A stretch of DNA of 64,000 bases from Tubiluchus corallicola (lineage: Eukaryota > Animalia > Priapulida), in contig JAQGDQ010000260.1 of assembly GCA_030141605.1 (NCBI GenBank), positions 257,283-321,282 on the forward strand, written 5' to 3'. Both the position numbers and the translations under genes were made by a program. The notes below the pieces were generated by a model. It was not told where the DNA came from, made no database searches, and saw only the letters and a program-made list of their open reading frames with translations. Positions 48,537 to 61,920 of this stretch are shown one piece after another (the first letter of the stretch is position 1; each line of letters begins with the position of its first letter).

Positions 48537-51500
48537 TTTAGCCGTTTCATCGCTATTTTTTAAATCGCCTTTCAAGGATAGGCTCGAAAAATGGCGGGCG
48601 CCAACATCTGGCAATCCCAGAATGCCTCACAAATTGTTTATTCCACAATACAATAAATTCTGCAGCTGAAATTTATTGCTAGTAGTTTTTTCAATCAATT
48701 TTATTTCAAAATTCAGTCATAGGCTACTACAACAAACAACAATCAAGCTGTTATTGAATATTCATTATAAGAAAGAATTACCGAAACTTATGCCAACTAA
48801 TGAGAGACTTTGTACCCATCTACAATACAAAATGTTGTAAATCACCGTCATTTAAAGTTGGCCTACTAATGGCCCACCTTCAACTAGACCCCAAAGCCGC
48901 CATCGTGAGCCGCTGCAGGCAGAGGTGATCTCAGCTCTTTAAAGAGAAAGACAATGGCAATTTTAAAGTATGCCTCAAAGAAAATTCCACCCAAAGCTAT
49001 ATTATTATGCTTACTTGTTTGAACTTGCTTGCTTACTTTTATATTATACTATTATGCTTACTTGTTTGAAAAATATATTTAACTAGAAAATTTTTCACGC
49101 CAAGTGGTAAAATGTCACTGAGGGACCTTCGTTGTATGCACCTCTGACTCACCAAAAAACTTATTTTTAATCTTGTTGACAAGATACAATAATTTACACT
49201 TTTCCTTGTACGTGTGCGAATGCTCTGATTATTTATTTCAAACATTATGCAATGTTATTTAAATGAGATGTGATGTTAAATTTTTGTGTTTCATACTGCA
49301 AGATAGAAGCTCTGTGCTTGTATTTGATGTAGAATGTAGAAACAGAATGTAGGTGATACAAAATGACACAACAAATTGACACGACGATTTACATAAGTTG
49401 AAGCTAATACACTGCAATATTTTGACATGTTGTTCAAACTAAAAAGTAGTTTATTGTTCTTGCATACATAAGAATTATTTAAAAACCATTCACCAATTCC
49501 CGACCGATTTTTCAGAGTATTTTTTCTACAGTACAATTCTATAGTTTTTGTACTAATGTACAAGTGCTTTCAATTTAACCCCTTCACAAAAGTGCTGCTG
49601 TTTCTGTAAAATTGAGCAATTCACCAACTTAAGGAGAGAAAGAACATTATTGAGTTTACGCAATGTGCCGCTCGCCAACGGTATTATTTTGGGCAGTGCG
49701 CCAGTAGAATATATTTACTCCAGAGCTTCTAAATTGAAAGTCTCTTTTGTTGGTGATATATCATTTTCTTAATTCTTAACGATGTAAAATTCTTGTGGAA
49801 AAGAGATAAAGAAAATAAAATCAGTTGCGGTTTTATATAAAATGAAATAAAAAAGAGCCAAATCAGTTGTGGTGTAGGAACTTCACATTTGTTTACTTAT
49901 TTTGATTTCCACTTGCATAATAAGTAATAAAGGTCTTTCTAGTAAACTTTGCTACACTCATAACAGATCGTCAGCCGTTTTAAGCCATTTTAATTCTAAG
50001 CCATCAGTCAGCCATCATTTTGCCATTCTCGCTAGCTAGCAGCCATGCAGTCTGTCTACTAGCCAGCTGAAATAAAAAAAAAACAAACGGTTTCGAGGCC
50101 TACATTTAACACTCTGAAAATGATACATAGGATTACTAATTTACGATGTAGACCTGGTGTACCTTAGTGTACAAGACAGCTAAGGAAGGCCCACTAATGG
50201 CCTAGCTTTGTAGAACGCTAACATTTTGCACAGACTAACAGTACAGTGTAAATCATTGACATGTAATCCTGCTTAAGAAACTAGTTGTAACATAAATCAT
50301 AAAGGTAGAAAAACATGGCAGTTTGTATTTTTTTCCACAAACACAAGGTTTGTATATAAACTGCTAGTAATCTACGTATTTTATCCTGCACATCTCATCC
50401 TGCTTTACACATTTTTGCCAATAGCCCAGGGGCTACCTAATAGTCTTTTCTCTCACCGTTGGACCTCTATTTGCCCACGGGTAAGGCTTTGCGACTACGA
50501 TAAATAAAAAATCCCCCAATTGGAAAAGTAACAGCAACGATTTCACACTTTTCCGCCCAACCTTTGACGCCCTGTTTGCTCGGCAAACTTTACGGACCAG
50601 AAGTCCTTTCTATTTTGGGCGCTCCGCCATGCGTAAAACATTTACTCACTTTTCAACTTCACGCAGCCAGCTTGAGCCCAATGGGATGATGGAGAACGAA
50701 AGTAAAGATGATTATAGGTCTCCGTGGACCAGCTAAAAAGTTCACTTGAAAATGCCGTTTAAAGACCATCTTACATAAGAACAACATCTTCTTGGGTCTC
50801 AGATGATTTAGTTAAGCCTGAAATGGATCTCATCGACTTTATTGTAAAAGCTCAAGGTGAACTTAAACAGGACTATTATGCGGAATGGCTGAAGTAAAAC
50901 TTCTGTATAATAAGACAATTTTGATCTCCAAGAGCGTTTTGTTATTACATTTAATTATGACAAGTTTCAAAGAGCACTGTTTTCTTCCTATAAATTTTGA
51001 TACAAGAATTACAAATGACCACACGCCGAGAAAGCATGTCTTTATGACGAGATCAGATCTCCATGTATACTGATTTTTAAAAATTTTTCTTTATGAACTT
51101 TATGTAAACAATAATAATCGTTAAAATGTTTTGGGAAATGGCTAAAATTATAAAATTAAAGTTTTGTAAAGCAACTTTTTTTAAAAATAATAGTGTTGCC
51201 TCTGGATGTACTTGTCCACAACATCTAGGTTCCCGATTTCGAATCCGAGTTATATCATTCCTTATTTATAATGACGTATAAATGGCTAAATGCAGTATGT
51301 ATTTTAGAAATGCTATCAAAGGACTAGATTTTATATCATGTTAATATGATTATAGTACATTATAGTATACTAATGTAACTGTAATCCCCGAAGAATATAA
51401 TCCTATTTAGACCCTAAACATAGGTGCATACATGTAGGTCTGTGGGAAGTTTTTGCCCAACTTAGGTCCAGTTACTGTAATTATATGGCAATCTTTAAAG

Positions 51501-52062
51501 TTGTTATGTCAGAATGAAAAATGCTGCATGGCATCTACCTGATAGGTAATTTTCTATTTAGTTACCAAGTAAGACGGTTCTCCTTTGATCAACAAGGAAA
51601 TAACCAGTATGTGTTGAAGCGTATTACGATCAACACGGATTATACAATTTAACGCTGATACTTGTTTCCAAGCGTCTAACCAGGGGGCAAATACGAGTAC
51701 ACAGAAAAAATTAAATTACTGCACTTGTCACAGGTTTGGGGACGACTTTTTAAAACTTTAGGAAGAACTGTAGTTTGGTTTAGTTATGCTTGCAACCTAG
51801 AACTTCATACGCCTGGGCAGTGAACAAAAGCATAGCTTAAAATGACCATGCGCGCGGTTAAAATACTTGCGTGCTTCCTCAAGGTTGCGTGCTTGTTCCA
51901 TTTCTATTATAAATTGTAATTACGTAGTTAACTTTTGCTTTGCTGGTTAAATGGAAAACGTCATTTTTTCGATAAGATTCAGTTTGAGAAGAGATGTGAG
52001 CGATTTTCTTTACTGCAATGACTGGTTTGTGAGCTAGACTCAACGTGGAAACAGGAAGATGG

Positions 52063-52194
52063 TATGGTGAGCAGCCTGAGACTAGGTTGTACCAATGTGG
52101 GCAATATCAAACACAGCATCATGTATATATATATATGATGCTGTGTTTGAAATTGCCCACATTGGTACAACCTAGTCTCACGCTGCTCACCATA
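52063..52194. repeat. Near-perfect 132-bp palindrome (hairpin) with a (TA)n centre
   Basis: TATGGTGAGCAGCCTGAGACTAGGTTGTACCAATGTGGGCAATATCAAACACAGCATCAT mirrored by ATGATGCTGTGTTTGAAATTGCCCACATTGGTACAACCTAGTCTCACGCTGCTCACCATA, with 2 mismatches in the arms. Confidence 0.95.
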
Positions 52195-52890
52195 TATATA
52201 TGTATATATATATAATCTTTATTTGCCATTAAAATACATTGATAATCACTGATAAAAACTTTACAGAGATTGATGATAAATCAGTGTTAGTTAATGAAAA
52301 CTTACACTGCTAAAGGCAAATGCGTCAGTGCCATCTAAACTACTGTGCAGTAATGGAAAGTAACGACGAATAAAATCAAACATATTTACAACTATGCACA
52401 AAAAATGCAAAAATTACGATTTAATTAATATGGCTGTGGATATATAAATTCTGAATTAGTGTGTATGTTGTCGTACTGGTGTGATGGTATTTCATATCTG
52501 GTTAATATTAGTGATTTTAATTTTGTTTTAAATGCTGTTAGGGCCTTCATTCGTTTAACCAGTAATGGTAGAGAATTCCAAAGTAGAATTGCTTGCTTGA
52601 TTACAGAGTTCGCTCCATAGTGGGTATTTGTCCTAATTTGTTTTAGATTGCTTGTTCTGGAATTAACGATGGGATTTGGAAAAAAGGTAAATCTGTTATT
52701 CTGGAATGGTTTGCTGATGTTGTTAATGTATTTAAATATAAAAAGCAAAGTAAAATATTCTTTGTGTGCTTCAATGATTGGGAATTTTAAAGTTCTTCTC
52801 AGGTTAGTTGTTGAAACTTTGAATTTTTGTCTACTTGAATTTTTGAATACATATGACAGCTGTGTGTCCATTATCAGAACATATTAGGAG
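52195..52890 (-). mobile_element. 5'-truncated CR1/L2-type LINE: ORF2 C-terminus, 3'UTR and (TA)n tail
   Basis: ORF 52425-52871 contains RTNTHYGANSVIKQAILLWNSLPLLVKRMKALTAFKTKLK, matching the WNxLP...FKxxLK C-terminal motif of CR1/L2-clade ORF2; 3'UTR ends GGCAAATAAAGAT(TA)n. Confidence 0.85.
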
Positions 52891-55287
52891 ACAAGACCCT
52901 AATGTAGATTACAATAATTTAGACAAAATCTTCTTATATCAAAATAGGTTAAATACGTTTAAATTGTGCTTTGAAATTTTGAATACGTTTGATATTTAAC
53001 AGGTACATAATTTAGTGTTTTGTTTTAATATTTTCTTCATTTTCTGTGTGCTTAATGATGGCTGCGCAATAATGCATTTATTTAATATGGATCGTAAAGA
53101 TCAGTTACCCCATAAGAAAGTGTACATGATGTACATGTAACTTTTATTATGGTCAATAAACTAACTTATTAATTAGACGCCACACAATGCCGTAGAAAGA
53201 AAACTTTTCAGCACTGCGTCTTTATCTCTTTCACAGATTAAGAAAATTTTGTTATAATATGCATTAAAAGTCCAATCGCCTTGCACCTTTAACCAGTAAA
53301 ACACTTATATGGTGCATAAAGTCTTTAGGCGCTTTTAACAATGTCACACGCTGGTAATACAGAGTTCTGTTTAAAAGAATTTTAACACAATTATCCTTGC
53401 TCTTTGCACTAAATCAATTCAATTAAATTTAAAGAAAACAAAACAACGGTGCTGAATAAGGCGACGAAAGAGCCGCTTTGACAAGCTAAAGGTCGTTCTA
53501 ACAGTTCTATACAAAAGAGTCCTTAAAATGCAGCCATCAGTAATGCAACCACCCTCTATTCAAAGTTTAGAATATTGTTCATTAGTTTTGCAATCTTGTC
53601 TGTTTGGTTTGCAAAAAAGCTTCTCCATATTATTTACATGTTGGTTTCGCATAATGTTTATTGTTATTCGTTGCTGATTTAAGTTGAATAATACAGCGGA
53701 TTTACTTAAGTATTTTATTGAAAAATATTAGTGATAAAAAATAAAAAGCAAAAATAAAGTCATCAAATGTAATCAAAGTGGAATTCCTGCTAGGATAAGT
53801 AACAAGTAACTATCCTAAATCCCCCAAAGCATAGCTGCTAACTTATTCAATGTATCTACCAATTATGTTGTCATTTTCCTGTCCTTCTCTTTATTTCTTC
53901 TTATCGTTTCCCTCCATCTCTCTTTCGTTCTTTCTCTATTTTATTCTAGCGGCCCCTCATTACTTTTTCATCTTTCTCTTTTTCTCTTACCCCTCTTTTC
54001 GCTTTCTTGCCCACTTTTCTAGTTGTCTGTCTATCTGTTGTCTATCTGTCTGTCTGTTTATCTATCCACTTTTTTCGCTGTCACTCACTCCCATTTTCTT
54101 TTTCTTCCTTGTTTTTCCATTATTGTTCACATTCGGTATGTTGATCACATACACAAAATTACCATACAGTTCATATCTCTTGGTTTGCCATCCCTCGCCC
54201 ACTTTCTTTGCATGAAGTACAAAAGTCGCTTTAAACAAAATAACGTATCTGTATCTCTGCATAAACAGTATTAAACACCAAATCTCAGTTTGACCCTTTC
54301 TGTCTACATCAAACAGCTTAGTAGCAAGCTGTAACAACAAAACGCCAAGAGGATACTAGGGATCGTTTTTTCTGTTAAAAATCTATTAAAAACTGCGAAA
54401 GTCTAAATTGGGTCTGACCATCAAAGAGTTCCGAGCTAATCTTATTTGTACACACTTTTGCCGAGCACCTTATTAGACATTTTTTCACACGCAAAGAAAA
54501 AATGTAAAAAATTGTGGCATCGCGGTTAAGGGGCAGAAGTTTTGTGCAATTTATAAACATTTTTCCACGTAGCAGAACAAAAGCATCGTAAAATTACGAA
54601 AAAAAACATCCAATTAAGGATGCCTGCAGGTGTGGCTGTTCATGATTTCAGCTCAACTTAGACCTAGAAGTTAACTGTTGGCAACCCAGTCATGGATATG
54701 CCATCCCAATCTGGAACAGGCCAAGTGGGGTACTCAAAGAATGTAAGCTATCAGCTGAGAGTCAGTCATTTTTTTTTCGAAAAAAGCGAGCATGAATTTG
54801 CTGTTTGGGGCGGGATTTAGAATCACTTTCAACTAAAATCCTGTCAAGAATCTTGCGCGCTGGGCGATCGTTTTAACAAAGAAAGAAGTCGAAGCTTCTG
54901 AAACCGAAAGCTTGCTATTTTTCTTCAGTTCTTTGTCTGGACTCTGGATAACCATAACCAATTTCTACAGTCCTAGCAACTAAAAATTAATTCCTTCCAA
55001 ACGAATGTAAATGAAATTGTTACAATGCAGACACATGTTATGGACGTATTTTTAAAGAGCAAAATCTATAACGTATTTATAAAGTGTTCAATCTATCTTT
55101 TTTTATATTTTTTTCTACAAGCTTGTAATACGCACATTTCTTGCAAGTATTTATAGGTGTTTATTATCTATCGTTTTCAATAAATTTATTAGTACAAATT
55201 CACTTTACATTTTCTGCAAGTGTAAATCGTATCTGCTATCAGTATGCCCTTTCTTTATCAACCATGCTATACCCACAACATCTCCTC

Positions 55288-55310
55288 ACACACACACACA
55301 CACACACACA

Positions 55311-55362
<52 letters not shown>

Positions 55363-56000
55363 TAGGTGTCATCAACATCATGATACCATTATCATCGTTG
55401 AAACAAGGAACAGTAGGAGAAGTCGCCACTACTGCCATCACCACCATCACTGCCACTGCCACCATCACCACCACCACCACCGTCACCACCTCCACCACCT
55501 CCACCACCACCGCTACCACCACCAACACCAACACCACCACCACCACCAACAGCAACACCAATACCACCACCACCACCACCACCACTATCACCTCCACCAC
55601 CACCACTATCACCTGCACCACCACCACCACCATCGCTACCACCGTCACCACAAACACCACCACCACCACCAATACCGCCACCATCACCACCACCACCGCC
55701 ACCAGCACCACCACCACCACCACTAGCACTTCCACCATCACCACCATCACCACCACCAACACCACCAAAATCACCACCAACACCAACACAAACACCACCA
55801 ACACCACCACCAACAACAACACCAATACCAATACCACCACCACTATCACCTCCAGCACCACCACCACCATCACTACCACCATCACCACAAACACCACCAC
55901 CAACACCAACACCAATACAAACATAAACACAATACCAACACAAACACCACCAACACCGCCACCATCACCACCACCACCACCACCGCCACCAGCACCATTA
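55288..56000. repeat. (CA)n followed by a long degenerate (ACC)n tract
   Basis: Seen directly; open in several frames on both strands. Confidence 0.92.
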
Positions 56001-57140
56001 ACACAAACATCATGCACTCGCCACCATAACAGCTCTGAGTGCTCATGGTTTTCATACTTTTAAACCAGTTCTTAGGAATCTTTTCTGTGTCAATCGTAAG
56101 ACTCGTATATTTTCACCTATCAAATTTTTTTCCACTCTGTCACGTTTCACAAAAACCTGAGTGTTGTAATTTGTGAAATTAAGTTTAGTTTCTTATTGCC
56201 TGGCTTTTACCATTACATACTAGTTTACAAGTCTCCATTTGTCATAATTAATGGTGCCTAGTTGCCTGCCTGTCATCCTGGTATTTGGGAGCACATAGAA
56301 GAAGAGAAACATACGACATACGAAACACGTGTCTACATAATACTACATCTATAGTCATCTACTACATAAAGTTGAAGACCTAAGTTTTGGGAAGGATACA
56401 CAACAAGTTTTTCTTTTTTGCAGTCAAGTCGAATGGCTAGTAAATATCTTGCTATATGTGTATTTATACACAGAGAAAATCAGCATATCTATGAATTTGT
56501 TATTCGACATGCACCATAGATAATAATGTTACTGTGCAATCTTCTATGACATGCATCATTTCAAGAATAACATACTGTAATTGTATTGTATCACATGCTA
56601 TATTATTTATTGTCATTTATTGACATATTTATTGACAACAAATTACGACCTCATTAAATTAATTTGTGTTGGTATAATGCGACTATAAGTAAAATAATAC
56701 ATTAGGCTTAGAGCTATTATAAATAATCTAGGTTCACAGCAATAGTTCATAAAATTATGCCCGGAAGATTCTAGCCATTTCAAGCCTTGAACCTTTACAC
56801 CAGTGATGACACCATAATTAAAAGTGACCACTGCCTTTTCTCAGCCTGAAGCAAGTGTTAAGGGTTAGTATTTCCTGAGACGGATCTTCAAAACATGTCT
56901 CATTTGACAGGCATACCTTAGGTAACTACTATTCGGCTACTGTATTATAAAAGAACAAAACGAACTGCACATTATTTCTAAAATGTAGAAACCCGCCGTT
57001 TATAGTGCACTTTAACAGTATTCACTCAAATCATCAAGTACATCAAGATTTTCGGCAACTGGGCTAAGGCAACAACCAAAAATTTCAGTATCAAACAGTA
57101 ATATTTCTATATAGATGCATAAATAAAATAAATATAGCTT

Positions 57141-57617
57141 TCAGGAATAACGAATTGCAAGTACTGGTAGCTTATTGCAAATTAGAACTAACAACAAATA
57201 CGGAAATAATTCTTTTTCAAAACAAGCTATCCCATTATGGAATACTTTATCTAAAGAAGTTAGAGATTGAACAACTTTATCTAACAATAAAACAAAATTA
57301 AAAAAAGCCGTTTTCACTGGATTTGAAGATCCTGTATACCAAAACGACAATACTTATACGCATAGTAATTGCATTTTTCGCAGTCCATAATCTTGTAAAA
57401 TCAATATGTTTTAATGTAAATGGGTGTATATATTGTAAATATAAAATGATTTATTCAATGTCTGTATGATGTAAATGTCAATGTTCACTGTGTGTGTAGT
57501 GTTAGTTATGCATCTGACGCATTTGTCTTTTTACAGCACTAATGAATGTCAATCACAGATGTAATCTATTATTAACATTTGTGATGTTCAAAACTTTTAT
57601 AAGACAAATAAAGATCA
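57141..57617 (+). mobile_element. Second, diverged 3' fragment of a related CR1/L2-type LINE (pseudogenised)
   Basis: Translates QIRTNNKYGNNSFSKQAIPLWNTLSKEVRD*TTLSNNKTKLKK...YQNDNTYTHSNCIFRSP* (stop at 57388-57390), collinear with the 52.4-52.9 kb ORF; 3'UTR ends GACAAATAAAGAT followed by a microsatellite. Confidence 0.85.
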
Positions 57618-58066
57618 TATATCTATATCTATATCTATATCTATATCTATATCTATATCTATATCTATATCTATATCTATATCTATATCTATATCTATAT
57701 CTATATCTATATCTATATCTATATCTATATCTATATCTATATCTATATCTATATCTATATCTATATCTATATCTATATCTATATCTATATCTATATCTAT
57801 ATCTATATCTATATCTATATCTATATCTATATCTATATCTATATCTATATCTATATCTATATCTATATCTATATCCATCCATCCATCCATCCATCCATCC
57901 ATCCATCCATCCATCCATCCATCCATCCATCCATCCATCCATCCATCCATCCATCCATCCATCCATCCATCCATCCATCCATCCATCCATCCATCCATCT
58001 ATCTATCTATCTATATATATATATATCTATCTATATATATGGTATTGTATTGTAGTATATATATAT

Positions 58067-58095
<29 letters not shown>
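57618..58095. repeat. (ATCTAT)n(ATCC)n(ATCT)n(AT)n compound microsatellite at a LINE 3' end
   Basis: Seen directly, starting immediately after AATAAAGATC. Confidence 0.97.
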
Positions 58096-58097
<2 letters not shown>

Positions 58098-58100
58098 TAT

Positions 58101-58970
58101 GCGTATTTATATAGTATATAGTTATATAGTATATTGTATAGTACAATACAGTACAATACTCATTAATTATTATTCTAGGTACCGCGAAAATTCTTGCCTT
58201 GGCGGCAGAATTACGAGGGAAAGTCACAGACCCTATGGACATTTTGTGCGATGATCCATCTTGTCAATGACTGGTTAAAAGTTTAACAACCCTTTGCGAT
58301 GCAGACTCGATTGCTAAAATACCTGCAGAACGTTTTCAAAGCGTTGACACCGTGACAATAGTCATCGCATAAAGCCTGAGCTCAACTCTTATAGAAACTG
58401 GTATCTGTAATACCTGAGCGCCTGAATTTGTGTATGAATGACGTAATACTGAAGACTAGCAAATTTTAACTCCAAAGGGTAGTCGATTTCTGAAAATACA
58501 GGCAAGCTTACCAACATATGCTTTGCTTGTCAAGCTATGCTTTTAGGCTCAAACTGTATGCATCAAAACTATTCTGTAATGTAATTAGCACATGTATATA
58601 TGCTGCATAAGCATCTCCTTTGTAATTTCTGGATTATATTGCATTTATATTTATATTTACATCTGTATTTTTATTATAACTGTAAGATGCAGAGTGGAAA
58701 TAAATAAACTTATAAACTTAAAAACATTGCCAAAAATATTGATAAAAATACAAACAATGTAATAAGTATCGACATGAAAATACAAATACCATTTAAGTTT
58801 TGATAACCCCCCCCAATATATATATATACGTATTTATATACTATATAGTTATATAGTATATTGTATAGTACAATACAGTACAATACTCATTAATACAAAC
58901 AATACAAAAATACAAACAACGTAATAAGTATCGATATGAAAATACAAATACTATTTAAGTTTTGATAAAC
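58101..58970. repeat. Interleaved local direct duplications (A...B-A-B)
   Basis: A: CGTATTTATATA.TATATAGTTATATAGTATATTGTATAGTACAATACAGTACAATACTCATTAAT at ~58102-58167 and ~58829-58894. B: AAAATACAAACAA.GTAATAAGTATCGA.ATGAAAATACAAATAC.ATTTAAGTTTTGATAA at ~58746-58806 and ~58907-58968. Confidence 0.85.
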
Positions 58971-61473
58971 TTCCTCAACATACACACATCTATAGTATAC
59001 ATTGTTAATACATACATTACAAGAATTATAAACAGTATATAAGTATCGATAAATTTACCCAATATACATGCATCAACGGACAAATATTCTTAGAACTTAC
59101 GGACAAACATTTTAGAAGTTCTTCTTCTATAAAAAAAATTAACTTAAACGTATTTTTAATTTAATTTTTATTAACTTACTAAAATCAGATATGACGTTGT
59201 CAAGCAGTCATTGAAATTGTCTAATACGAACATTAATGTCAATCGCTTTTGTCAGTTATAATTGCTAAAATGAAAAAAATGCGAATTGACTTGATTTAAC
59301 TAGTAAAATATGCCGATGATAGCTTCAGAATTTATTATGATTCATAATAAAAACGTTTTAGTTTAGTCCAAGAATAATGTAAATATTGCAAAAGAATAAA
59401 ATACACTTTTGTAATTATGGAGTACTTCCTCAGCTTACGCAAATACTGTAATGCCAGGATTAATGTAGCCATAAATTGAATTTAAATTTGCAAATAAAGA
59501 TTAAAATTAACGGATGGCAGCTTTTGTGCAATCTGGTGATCCTTTAACTATTCATTTAAATGTAATGCACACTGAGCATTGACACAAAGCAAATTTACCC
59601 GGAAATTTGTCTAGCAAAACCTCAAGTCAGTTTTGTGCAGTGGCCCAGTCCAGTATAAACATGATAAAGTAACCACACACGGTTAAGATGATATAACACT
59701 CAAATGTGACTCCATATCGCTTGAGTGAACAAAAGGCCAGAAATAAAATAAGTGACTTTTTACTCGTGACACTAGCATCAGTACCTAAAGCCACACAATC
59801 AGAACAGTGAGCCAACAATGCAGCATTTTCAAAGCCCGGAAAGCATCCTATTTATCGTTTAAACAACGAAGGACTAATGATATTACCGTGTGGAGGTCCC
59901 AGCGTATTGCCGAAAGCACTAGTAGTTTAATCAGAAGAAAATAAGTGCAACACATTTCTCATTTTCAAAAGACCCAAGGATGCTTGTGTAAAATTGTATT
60001 TTATTACAAGAAATAAAGATAGAAGTAAATATTGCATTTGAGGAAACAATAAAAGTACCTGATGGCACTTGTTTATTTCAAACCATGACGTTGAGAAAGA
60101 AAATTTTATAATAATAAAGATAAAGGAGATTTTGGCGCTTTTGAACTCTTTTACAAGCATCGCACCTCTCCTAGTTCTGACAGAGTAAGAACGAACACCT
60201 CTTTTTGTAAAGAAAAGTAGCAATCGGTGCTTATGAGATTTGTCAGATGATTTATGTGTGTGCAAGAAAGTTCACTAGAGAAAATACCACGTGGCTTATA
60301 AGAGTGCAACACTTAAAGTGTGCAACCGTACAGTACTTATTACAAAATGGTACAAATAACCGTTTTAGCAGCACTGTGATAATCACATCATTATAACTGC
60401 AAAAGAGCTCTCGATTGATTGGTCCCTAGATTGTAGATAAAAACTAGATGTGAGATAAACCTAACTATATAAAAAAAATATATATATATATATATATATA
60501 TAATAAATAATAGTGAATACGTAATATATGAAGATATTCGAAAAATGTGAAACTGGCGACTGCAGTTATTGATGATTGCAGACGTGCTAAACTGCATGCA
60601 GACAAGTGTAAGTTGGCAACAGTAAGTGTATTTTTTCACCAACAAAAGAAAAGAAAAACGTGCAAAAGATTACCGAAGCAAAACGACAATTTTCAAATAA
60701 TAACAGGAAAACAAGTTAGAAAGCCGTCGTAAACACTTTTGTGTTATTTACACTTTTGGTAGAAAGTGTTGCAGACAAAAGAGGAGGGAAACCCATTAGA
60801 GGCAATCACGCTGGTGGACTTAAATGCGACCTGGCTAATTGTGCGTTATTGCTTTCGTATTGAAAAGTCAGTGGCGGATCCAGAACAGTGTGAATCAAGA
60901 CCTTTTAAAAGTTAATAATTAGGCCTAATATATACGCGACCGTAGACTCTGAACATAACCAGTATGTTCGTTAGCAAGATGAAACGCGCATGCATTTTAT
61001 GAACGCATTTGTATTTAGTAAACCGACAACTCATGCAAAATCATAACTAACTATCAATGCAATAATATTAAGCTAATTATCATTATTACAATTATAAAAA
61101 TCCAAGAATACCTTTACCATTTTCATGCAAATCAAAATCATGTTGCGAAATATTCAATATGCAACATGCAAACCACTGATGCACACGATAACAAAAGTAA
61201 AACAAAGATAAATAAATAAATATGGTAATGTAGCATAGGAGATTACTACATTAGTTATATTATTGATTGAAAAACAAAACAATTTCATGCATGTAATACA
61301 TATATTAAAATTGGTTCAATAACCATTTCACAGGAAAATATAAAGTAAACATTTACCTGAGATATAAGTCCACAGAATTTCAAATAAGAGAAGATTATTT
61401 TACTGCATCATCATTGACATTTCGTACTCCTCTAGTACGTAAACATATAGTATTTAAATGTATTAACTCTTCT

Positions 61474-61733
61474 CAGGGCCGGCCTTAGGTAATTGGAGGC
61501 CCTAGGCGAAGTGAATTTGGTGGCCCCAAATGAAATAGAAAAATAAAAAATAAATACGAAAAAAATAAAATTACGCAATTTATTAAAAACTACCTGTATT
61601 TATATCTAAATCAACAAATAACTGAAATTTATACAAACATATTCGGGCAGATGTCATAAACCTTCAACAAAAATCAACTTTTCGTGCTTTGATGGCAGCA
61701 AAGTCTGCAATAAATTGTGAATAATCCAGAGAC

Positions 61734-61811
<78 letters not shown>

Positions 61812-61920
61812 AGGCAGTATGTTCGCATAAAGCAAAAAAATGTTACCTCGGCGTGAGGCCCCCCTGGAGGGTGAGGCCCTAGGCGGTTGCCTAGTTTGCC
61901 TATGCTTAAGGCCGGCCCTG
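61474..61920 (-). mobile_element. Internally deleted hAT (Tip100-like) transposon retaining a transposase C-terminal stub
   Basis: TIRs CAGGGCCGGCCTTA / TAAGGCCGGCCCTG; GAGGCCCTAGGCG subterminal repeats; minus strand 61729-61664 reads LDYSQFIADFAAIKARKVDFC-stop, resembling the hAT transposase C-terminus; flanks CTCTTCT / CTCCTCT. Confidence 0.88.

Noticed and set aside
55244-56063. Long Thr-rich (mucin-like), His-rich, Gly-rich and Val-rich ORFs
   Set aside because: All arise from one degenerate (ACC)n tract open in several frames on both strands; no signal peptide or convincing splice context.
57542-58078. YL/YR/DI/MDGW repeat ORFs
   Set aside because: Compound microsatellite at a LINE tail.
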